A stretch of DNA of 32,000 nt from contig NZ_CP047931.1 of NCBI RefSeq assembly GCF_014280175.1, positions 930,001-962,000 of the forward strand. Reading direction: 5' to 3'. Numbering within the stretch: the stretch's first letter is position 1; every line of letters begins with the position of its first letter. Shown here in pieces: positions 25,149 through 31,858 of the stretch. The notes beneath the pieces were generated by a model. The model made no database searches and was not told where the DNA came from. It was given only the letters and a program-made list of their open reading frames with translations. The stretch comes from Synechococcus sp. A15-28. GTDB taxonomy: Bacteria; Cyanobacteriota; Cyanobacteriia; PCC-6307; Cyanobiaceae. The translations under genes and the position numbers were made by a program.

Positions 25149-25451
25149 TCAGGTGCACCAGTTCAGTTTTTCGACAAGTACTGGACCGGAAACAGGATCC
25201 GTAACACCAAGATCAGCAGAGATCTCTTCAAGAAGGTCTCTTACAGAATCCAGATGAGCAATCATCTGAGGTCTTGCCGCCACAAGAGACTCCTTTTCCT
25301 TGAAGACCCCCGTGAAGACAAAGGATCGTTCACCTGTTTGGGCAAAATACCCATTCATATCTGTAGGTGCTTCCCACGCGCGAACTGCCTCGACATACTT
25401 TTCGACCTCGCCCTCCTTCACTATTGTCCGAACAGAAGTCAGAAACGACAT
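25149..25451 (-). CDS. Hypothetical 100-aa protein (size and pattern reminiscent of ABM/Dabb ferredoxin-like fold, tentative)
   Basis: Clean ATG ORF with a coding-like composition. The function call is weak. Confidence 0.5.
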   Translation of the reverse strand: MSFLTSVRTIVKEGEVEKYVEAVRAWEAPTDMNGYFAQTGERSFVFTGVFKEKESLVAARPQMIAHLDSVRDLLEEISADLGVTDPVSGPVLVEKLNWCT

Positions 25452-25758
25452 AATCGATTAAATGATAACGATCATATCATCCATAGCAAAAAGAAAATGT
25501 TTCAAAGATCACTCTTCCTCCCAGTCCTCCCCAACAGAGGCACATTTATAGAAGAGGATGTCTGCCTGGTATTCAAGTTTGATTTTCTCTTACATATGAC
25601 TTTGCCTCGTGGATGCAGGGGATGGTGTTTTCAGGACCATAACCACGTTGTTCTGGATTGTCTGTATCTCTAAACTCCAGTCATACGCTCCGTTTTGTGG
25701 ATCTGGTTAGAAGTAGCGAGGTCCTGGTAACGGATTAACAGACCCAAATCGGAATTCA

Positions 25759-25782
25759 GGGGTGTTTCGGTGCCCCTTTTTT
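25759..25782 (+). terminator. Orphan rho-independent terminator-like hairpin plus T6
   Basis: 'ggggtg-tttcgg-tgcccc' (4 GC plus 2 GU pairs) followed directly by TTTTTT (25777-25782). There is no credible + strand CDS upstream. Confidence 0.4.
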
Positions 25783-26083
25783 GGTGCTTGATCGCTCTTT
25801 GGGCGTCCAATCAGGTCAGCAGACGTTGGATTGCTTCTGGTTATCCACCAAACCCTGCTGATGATGCCCTGAGCAGTGCACAGGCGAGCCAGTCGGCGAA
25901 AACCTTTGGATTACTGACCCAAGCAGATTCATCCCTTTAGAACCGCCACACCTAATAGTCGTTGGCGTCGATCAACCATCCTTCTCACATCAAGCCACCT
26001 CCGGGCACCAGCCATTCTCGTGCTCACGCCTTAGCATCCACTAATCAATCGACGACAGCCTTCTGAGCTATAGCTGCAGACGC

Positions 26084-26341
26084 TCAAAAGTTGAGTTGCC
26101 CTGAGAGCCATAGCTCGTGCCACATCGCAGCAGGAGACGAGCTCAGTGCCAAAAAGCAAGTCGTAAAGATGGCTCCGGTGGTCAAGCCAACGCCCATCAC
26201 GATCAGCGCAGTCAGTCCCTGCTCGTCGGTCAGCGGACGGTTGTCTAAGAAACGGCGCTTCGCCATTGGCTGGATATCGCTGTTTACGTTCTGCCAATCG
26301 AACCAGCTGAGTGGCAACAGGCCATTGCACTCATACTGCAA
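26084..26341 (-). CDS. Hypothetical small membrane protein (possibly starting at internal Met 'MAKRRF')
   Basis: Basic N-terminus then TM 'GLTALIVMGVGLTTGAIFTTCFLAL'. Three overlapping ORFs compete here, and this frame looks the most protein-like. Confidence 0.35.
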   Translation of the reverse strand: MQYECNGLLPLSWFDWQNVNSDIQPMAKRRFLDNRPLTDEQGLTALIVMGVGLTTGAIFTTCFLALSSSPAAMWHELWLSGQLNF

Positions 26342-26730
26342 CTTCTAGGCACGTCCTTCTCACAATCGGCTGATTGCTCTTCTGAGGCAATGCGCCTTAA
26401 TGCCGATAACTTTGTGCCCTCAAGGCACACAAACTGAGTTCAATGCGATCGGAGGCGCCATGACAGACGAAACTCCACCCCAGCAGATCGCAGTAGCTGA
26501 CTGACTTTCTGGCCCCTGCTCCAACAGTCTCAAAAATGACCTGGGTTGGTCCATTGGTAGGCACGCATTGGTCCGCCACGCCATTCGACGCTCCGCTTGC
26601 ACCGTTTCAGGTGCCCTAGGAGAAAATGATCCTTCCCCTAGAGCAAATGGCCCCAGGGCGCCTCTAGCCAGAAGCTTCGACCCTCTTTCTTCAGAAATGA
26701 TGGGTTGAACCATGCACAAGCGAGCGAGCG

Positions 26731-26768
26731 AGGCCGTCTTTCCACCGGGAAGGACGGCCTTCCGCTTA
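26731..26768. repeat. Hairpin-forming repeat element, copy 1
   Basis: 13-bp stem 'aggccgtctttcc'/'ggaaggacggcct' with loop accg. 31/38 nt identical to 30091-30128. Confidence 0.6.
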
Positions 26769-26825
26769 TTCAGGGTCAGTCACCGCTTCGATCTCAGTGA
26801 AGGGGAACGAAACCTAGTTGAGCAT

Positions 26826-27002
26826 TCAGGACACCATCGAAAGATCCGATCCGTCATCAATTTGAAGATAGGTCCTCAGGCAGGCGGTGACGCATGTCCC
26901 ATCATCGAGGTCGCACTCGCTGATGCAGACAAAGTATTCATCTAGGGCCTCCCATCGTTCAGTAATGGATTGATGCTCGTGTTCATTTTTAAGTGAATAC
27001 AA
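26826..27002 (-). CDS. Possible Cys-rich small protein (no ATG, TTG start only)
   Basis: 58 codons, below the ORF-track cutoff. '...ERWEALDEYFVCISECDLDDGTCVTACLRTYLQIDDGSDLSMVS' with GC3-rich codons. Confidence 0.3.
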   Translation of the reverse strand: MYSLKNEHEHQSITERWEALDEYFVCISECDLDDGTCVTACLRTYLQIDDGSDLSMVS

Positions 27003-27218
27003 CTGTTTGTCCCAAGTGAGGCATTCTTACCATCACTTTTCGCGCCAGGTCAATTTATATATTACAGAAGATAAAATACCTAGGGAGATGCTCTTAGGTG
27101 CTAATACGTAGTTCCTTTGACCCCTCAAGGGAGTTTTCGTCTATGTAACGGAATGAGTAAAGTACCTATTGATCTAGGAGTGGAAAGGAGTAGAGATAAG
27201 TCAGCGACAAGGAGAAAG

Positions 27219-27398
27219 ATGGTCACGATCTGTTCAGGTTTTTTCGATCTGTGCATTCCCCTCAATGCATTTGACAAGACGCAGCCAGAGCAAGCTGATG
27301 AACCCAATCAAGCGATGAAATCTCAGCACGATCTGTACTGGGAGGAGCGTTGCGACAGGTCCCCCACTGCGCCTGGATGCAAGATCTACGACGACTGA
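27219..27398 (+). CDS. 59-aa protein with CP12-type C-terminal disulfide loop
   Basis: Start at ATG 27219, preceded by AAGGAGA. C-terminus 'CDRSPTAPGCKIYDD' fits the CP12 C-terminal pattern C-x3-P-x4-C-[RK]-x-Y-D-D. The CP12 core 'AWDxVEEL' is absent. Confidence 0.5.
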   Translation: MVTICSGFFDLCIPLNAFDKTQPEQADEPNQAMKSQHDLYWEERCDRSPTAPGCKIYDD

Positions 27399-27506
27399 GC
27401 ACAGCAAGTCTCAGCTAACGTCATCAAGGCAACGCAATCGGTTCTCTTTGGTTCAAACAACAAGTCCTGACTGACTTAGCCACAATTGTTGTTGACATCC
27501 ACTGAT

Positions 27507-27531
27507 CACCCCGCGTCTTAATTGCGGGGTG
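27507..27531 (+). terminator. Hairpin downstream of the CP12-like ORF (no U-tract)
   Basis: 'caccccgc'/'gcggggtg' perfect 8-bp stem with a 9-nt loop. Confidence 0.25.
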
Positions 27532-27614
27532 AAATGAATCTGCAGCGGGAATTTATACAAATCACGACCTTGATGGCTTTTTAACACCAATTGATCAATC
27601 AATGGTGAGATTTA

Positions 27615-29003
27615 ATGAAAAACAAAATCGTCGTTCTCGACACGAATGTTCTGCTTCACGATCCTGAGGCTCCACACCGCTTTGGAGATCTGAGGGTTGT
27701 GATCCCAATGCAAGTGGTTGAGGAAATTGATCGCTTCAAAAAAGATCACTCTGAAAAAGGCCGAAACGCCCGGCGAATTTCAAGACTCCTGGATTCCTTT
27801 CGAGACCGCGGATGCCTTGCCGATGGTGTTCCCATTGAGGGCACGAATCACGGCCTGCTTCAGGTAATTTTCTGTCAGGCCCATGCTCTTGACGCCTTAC
27901 CGGCAGAGCTTCAGGGGGGCGGCGGCGACAACAACATCCTCGCAGTGGCCCTTGAGCAGCTGCGGTGCGGTGGGCTGAAACAGGCCCCGGAGGTTGTGCT
28001 GATCAGCAAAGACATCAACCTGAGAATCAAGGCCGACGCGGTAGGCCTGCAAGCCGAGGACTACGTCAATGACAACGTCTCGATTGATGACCTCTATGCA
28101 GGGTTCCGGGAACTCAGCACTGATGCAGTGACGATCTCGAGTCTGCATGACGAGGGTCAGCTCCCTCTGGACGCTGTCACCGATCCAGAGGGGCAACACC
28201 CACAGGCAAATGAAGGCGTGGTGCTGGTGGATGAGCGCAACGACAGCCACACCTTGCTTGCCCGGCGTCAAGGAAACAGCAACTCACTTGAACCACTTCA
28301 CTGGCTGAATCGTGCCCATTTGGGACGGATCAAGGCGAGAAATCGGGAGCAAAGTTTTGCGCTGGATTTGCTGCTCGATCCGTCCGTTGCTCTGGTGACC
28401 CTAGTGGGCAAGGCAGGCACAGGCAAAACGCTGCTGGCCATTGCCGCTGGTTTGCACCAGGTGGCCGACACCCATCACTACGCCCGTCTGCTGGTGACAC
28501 GTCCGCCAATCTCCCTCGGCAAAGACATTGGCTACCTGCCTGGAACGCTTGAAGAGAAACTTGGGCCTTGGATGAAGCCGATCATCGACAACATCGACTT
28601 CATCACCGGCTCTTCTCCCGGCGAGGAATCTGAGCAGACGAAGAAGCAGCGGCACCGCGAACCACGCAACGCCTGGGCTGATCTGCAAGGAATGGGTTTG
28701 TTGGAGGTTGAAGCGATTAACACCATCCGCGGGCGCTCAATTCCCCAACAGTTTCTGGTGGTGGATGAAGCGCAAAACCTGACGCCCTTGGAAGTGAAGA
28801 CGATCGTCACGCGGGTAGGTGATGGAACCAAGGTTGTCTTTACCGGTGATCCACATCAAATCGACAACCCATACGTGGATGCCGAAAGCAACGGGCTCAC
28901 ATGGCTGGTGGAAAAGCTCAAAGATCAGCCACTGGTAGGACACATAACCCTCACCAAAGGAGAGCGCAGTGAACTGGCTGAACTAGCCGCCAACATCCTC
29001 TGA
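27615..29003 (+). CDS. phoH2: PhoH2: N-terminal PIN nuclease domain fused to a PhoH-like ATPase
   Basis: PIN acidic residues ('VLDTNVLL', 'QVVEEID', 'GGGDNNIL', 'ISKDINL'). Walker A 'GKAGTGKT', Walker B 'LVVDEAQN', and PhoH motif 'FTGDPHQID'. Confidence 0.9.
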   Translation: MKNKIVVLDTNVLLHDPEAPHRFGDLRVVIPMQVVEEIDRFKKDHSEKGRNARRISRLLDSFRDRGCLADGVPIEGTNHGLLQVIFCQAHALDALPAELQGGGGDNNILAVALEQLRCGGLKQAPEVVLISKDINLRIKADAVGLQAEDYVNDNVSIDDLYAGFRELSTDAVTISSLHDEGQLPLDAVTDPEGQHPQANEGVVLVDERNDSHTLLARRQGNSNSLEPLHWLNRAHLGRIKARNREQSFALDLLLDPSVALVTLVGKAGTGKTLLAIAAGLHQVADTHHYARLLVTRPPISLGKDIGYLPGTLEEKLGPWMKPIIDNIDFITGSSPGEESEQTKKQRHREPRNAWADLQGMGLLEVEAINTIRGRSIPQQFLVVDEAQNLTPLEVKTIVTRVGDGTKVVFTGDPHQIDNPYVDAESNGLTWLVEKLKDQPLVGHITLTKGERSELAELAANIL

Positions 29004-29027
29004 GGCAAGACAACACCATCGTTATTA

Positions 29028-29924
29028 ATGACTGTTGAACACATGACTCAATTTCCAGAAACCTCAACACCTGAGCAAGCCAATCTGGATGCCATTCTGA
29101 ATTCACCTACTTACAGAATTGCCCATGAAGATCCCGAGTTGATGAACAGCAATGTCATGCGTGGTGTGCGCATGCTGCTTGAAATCACCAAGCCGGATCT
29201 GCATCTGGAGACAGCCGGGATAGAATCGACGATCATTGTCTTTGGTGGTGCCAGGATCGTCGACAGAGACACCGCTCATCAGCAGCTAAAAGATGCAGAG
29301 AAAAATTTAAACCAAGATCCAAATTCATCAACTCTAAAGAGGAAAGTGATTAATGCTCAGCACTTAATTGAACTTTCTCGTTTTTATGACGCCGCTCGAC
29401 AATTTGCCTACTTGGCGTCCCAGCATGGTCAGGCCAGCAAGGGGCAAGGCCATGGCTGCGCATCTCATGTAATCGTGACTGGTGGTGGTCCCGGAATCAT
29501 GGAGGCTGCGAACCGTGGCGCATTTGAAGCAGGATGCCGATCAATCGGACTCAACATCGCACTTCCCTTTGAACAACACCCCAATGCCTACATCACTCAA
29601 GATCTTTGCTTCAAATTCAATTATTTCTCACTCCGCAAATTTCACTTTGTGATGCGCTCTGTGGGAGCTATTTTATTTCCAGGAGGTTTTGGCACGCTTG
29701 ATGAACTGTTTGAGTTGCTGACCTTGCGGCAAGTTGGAACTAAAGGGCGCATGCCAATTGTGTTATTTGGGACAGAGTTCTGGACGAAGCTTGTGGACTT
29801 CGACTACCTCGCCGAATTAGGCTTAATTTCAAATGATGACCTAGCTCTAATTCGTTTTTCGGATACTGCCGAGGAAGCCTGGGAATACATACAAAGCAGC
29901 ACTGAGCCAGTCCGCGGGCAATGA
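29028..29924 (+). CDS. LOG/TIGR00730-family (PpnN-like nucleotide 5'-monophosphate nucleosidase) protein
   Basis: 'VTGGGPGIMEAANRGAFEAG' and 'PGGFGTLDELFELLTLRQ' are the LOG-family signatures. Lies 24 nt downstream of phoH2. Confidence 0.85.
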   Translation: MTVEHMTQFPETSTPEQANLDAILNSPTYRIAHEDPELMNSNVMRGVRMLLEITKPDLHLETAGIESTIIVFGGARIVDRDTAHQQLKDAEKNLNQDPNSSTLKRKVINAQHLIELSRFYDAARQFAYLASQHGQASKGQGHGCASHVIVTGGGPGIMEAANRGAFEAGCRSIGLNIALPFEQHPNAYITQDLCFKFNYFSLRKFHFVMRSVGAILFPGGFGTLDELFELLTLRQVGTKGRMPIVLFGTEFWTKLVDFDYLAELGLISNDDLALIRFSDTAEEAWEYIQSSTEPVRGQ

Positions 29925-30090
29925 AGAAATAATGCCATTAATTGATATTGATTTGGTTGCTATTATGTGCTTGACTCGTAGAGGCATGTAAAGCGATCAA
30001 CAAGAGAGTTCAACCTATTCCTTTCATGGGTGGTCTGGTCTCCCAACCCTTATCACATCACATGTTTAAAGATGCGTAAGCTAGCGACAT

Positions 30091-30128
30091 AGGCCTTCTT
30101 TTCACCAGGAAGAGCGGCCTTCCTCTTT
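30091..30128. repeat. Hairpin-forming repeat element, copy 2
   Basis: 'aggccttcttttcaccaggaagagcggccttcctcttt'. It shares 25/30 core positions with copy 1 and folds similarly, with one bulge. Confidence 0.6.
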
Positions 30129-30300
30129 AGGGAGTTACGAAAAATAGGGCCATCCTCCTGCAAGTTAGTCTTATTAAACCTGGGTTGTTTGGCAAAAAGT
30201 CCGCCGTAAAGCCTTGGTACGGTTAGTACGAAAAACTTTTGCGACAAAAACCAACGGGCTGCTGTCTTCTGCTTACTAGTTTTAATGTATCTACTGTTGT

Positions 30301-30573
30301 TTGATGGCCTTCCGAGTGCGCCTAAGAAGCATGTCCGACTATGGGTATGCAGTTCTCTGGGAGAAAGTTCGAATTGAATATTTCACCAGTGTTGGTGATC
30401 AACAACGCGCTGACCAATGCAAAAAATACCTGCAGGAGCTGGAGTGGCGCTTGGCCATGTTGCCTTCGACTGATCATCTTGAGCAGCTAGAGCAAAGCTC
30501 AGGTGATCCATTGGCAGATGCCGGCTGGATTCCCTCTGAGGAAAAACATCAATTCCATGCAAAAAATAGTTAG
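30301..30573 (+). CDS. Hypothetical protein
   Basis: 90-aa ORF (TTG 30301, ATG 30304 or ATG 30331). No motif recognised. Confidence 0.4.
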   Translation: MMAFRVRLRSMSDYGYAVLWEKVRIEYFTSVGDQQRADQCKKYLQELEWRLAMLPSTDHLEQLEQSSGDPLADAGWIPSEEKHQFHAKNS

Positions 30574-30615
30574 CGTCATATTTTTCGTGGCAACTCACCG
30601 AATGAAACCAATAAA

Positions 30616-30831
30616 TTAGTACTCACCTGGTATACCGAATTCAGCTCTGCAGTTATTGACATCGACTCTGTACTGAGTCCACTTTGTATTCTTTTCAGAA
30701 GCGGCCAGCACACATCTTTCATATGTTTTTGGTTCTTGCTTTTGTTGGTCATCTTCTTCAGCAGCTTTAGCTACTGGACATGCAACAGTGATTATCGCGC
30801 CAACAATAATCAGAAAGGATTTAATCTCCAC
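30616..30831 (-). CDS. Hypothetical small secreted protein
   Basis: An internal GTG start (30831) gives the signal peptide 'EIKSFLIIVGAIITVACPVAKA'. The mature part has 2 Cys. The longer track ORF would overlap the upstream gene. Confidence 0.4.
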   Translation of the reverse strand: MEIKSFLIIVGAIITVACPVAKAAEEDDQQKQEPKTYERCVLAASEKNTKWTQYRVDVNNCRAEFGIPGEY

Positions 30832-30868
30832 TCCCTCATCCCATTGACTTATTATTTTAAACCGATGT

Positions 30869-31249
30869 TTACCTGCAGTGCGTTTGGTGCGTGAAGCGTC
30901 CACGGAAGTGAGCAGCAAACTGCGCATCCAGTTGTGGCTGCACAACCATTGCTCGCAATGCGTTCAACGCACCAACAGCTGAGGCGTACTGACCATCGCG
31001 TTCAGCCTTGGCCGCCAGGCGTTGATACTGCGTTGCCAACCAACCCACCATCTGCTGAAGCTCAACCAAGTCCAAGGCGTTCGCTAGTTCACTCTGAGCG
31101 ATTTCTAGGTCACGCAGACTCGTTCGCCTGCTGCACCCCCACTTCACAGTCAGCTGAGACGCAGCATCAGTTGGTGGAACACAACTGCTGATCAGCTGTA
31201 GAGCCTCGTTACGACGCTGCTGGCGTTGTTGTCTAGTAGTTATTGCCAT
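30869..31249 (-). CDS. Hypothetical protein with an HTH-like segment
   Basis: Start at ATG 31249 (track start 31282 is GTG). 'ASQLTVKWGCSRRTSLRDLEIAQ' looks like a helix-turn-helix and is followed by a helical region. Confidence 0.45.
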   Translation of the reverse strand: MAITTRQQRQQRRNEALQLISSCVPPTDAASQLTVKWGCSRRTSLRDLEIAQSELANALDLVELQQMVGWLATQYQRLAAKAERDGQYASAVGALNALRAMVVQPQLDAQFAAHFRGRFTHQTHCR

Positions 31250-31292
31250 GTTAGGGAGCGGCAAATTTTTGAGTTGGGGCACTGATAATAAT

Positions 31293-31318
31293 AATCATTC
31301 TTTGTTCCAATAATGATT
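31293..31318. promoter_or_regulatory. Inverted repeat AATCATT-N12-AATGATT in the divergent intergenic region upstream of the metallothionein gene
   Basis: 7-bp arms at 31293-31299 and 31312-31318, each preceded by AATAAT/ATAAT. Candidate operator. Confidence 0.3.
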
Positions 31319-31383
31319 CTCTTTCTTATGCTTAGGTCACATTACTGTTCTAGTATTGAAATGAAATTACGAGGTCAACTCAA

Positions 31384-31554
31384 ATGTCAACAGCCGTCAA
31401 CTGTGCATGTCCTAAATGTACTTGCGAGGTCAGCGAGGAGAGCGCAATTGTTCTTCAGGGTAAGTTCTTCTGTTCGACAGCCTGTTCAACAGGGCATCCC
31501 AACAATGAGCCCTGTCATGGTGAAGGTTCTTGTGGGTGTAAATGCGGTGAGTGA
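31384..31554 (+). CDS. smtA: Bacterial metallothionein (SmtA/BmtA family)
   Basis: My own translation: 'MSTAVNCACPKCTCEVSEESAIVLQGKFFCSTACSTGHPNNEPCHGEGSCGCKCGE' (10 Cys, 2 His). The pattern C-A-C-x2-C-x-C-x-V...A-I...G-x2-(Y/F)-C-S-x-A-C-x2-G-H matches Synechococcus SmtA. It falls below the ORF-track length cutoff. Confidence 0.85.
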   Translation: MSTAVNCACPKCTCEVSEESAIVLQGKFFCSTACSTGHPNNEPCHGEGSCGCKCGE

Positions 31555-31627
31555 TCAGGGTCACTGATGACGTTGGTGTGGCTTGAGGCGTTCGTTTGGT
31601 GAAGGCCATGTCAATCAGATCAGCTTC

Positions 31628-31642
31628 GGGGGGGGGGGGGGG
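31628..31642. repeat. G15 homopolymer tract
   Basis: 15 consecutive G counted directly. A T7G6 tract follows at 31685-31697. Confidence 0.95.
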
Positions 31643-31858
31643 AGGATTTGGCGGTTTTTAGCTGAGAAGCATTGGTGTTACTGGTTTTTTTGGGGGGTGC
31701 CGTGTATAGGTTGTGTCCGCGGCCCTTGCCCGGAGATTTATTGGGCCAGCTGCATTGTCGTTACCTAGCTTCATGATCGTGTGTACGTAAATGACGCTTC
31801 TGAAAGATCCGCCGGCATTGTATTTAGCTTTTCAGCAATTAATTTTCTCTCATGTTTC

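Noticed and set aside
25254-25673. 139-aa + strand ORF
   Set aside because: Its first half is antisense to the cleaner 25149-25451 gene. The rest lies in AT-rich DNA and has an odd composition.
25978-26364. 11-mer 'tccttctcaca' occurring twice (25979-25989 and 26354-26364), each followed 28-37 nt later by 'cgcctta'
   Set aside because: The spacing is not conserved, and the sequences between and around the copies do not align. This is too little to call a repeat family, although the 11-mer recurrence is mildly unusual.
26397-26719. Overlapping minus-strand ORFs of 60 and 99 aa, and the + strand ORF 26712-26945
   Set aside because: The translations are Ala/Gly/Pro/Ser/Arg-rich without structure, and the + ORF reads through hairpin repeat copy 1. 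No start context supports any of them. The region may be non-coding or a decayed gene.
30053-30247. 64-aa minus-strand ORF between the LOG-family gene and ORF 30301
   Set aside because: It is built largely across hairpin repeat copy 2, has no RBS or motif, and is basic and low-complexity. The region is better explained as an intergenic structured repeat.
31313-31567. 84-aa + strand ORF overlapping the metallothionein locus
   Set aside because: It is in the wrong frame. The overlapping frame 31384-31554 encodes a clear SmtA-type Cys pattern, and the 84-aa translation has no features.
31583-31768. 61-aa ORF spanning the G15 tract
   Set aside because: It has a non-ATG start, reads the poly-G as a Gly run, and has an implausible Trp/Cys-rich composition. 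It is most likely non-coding.
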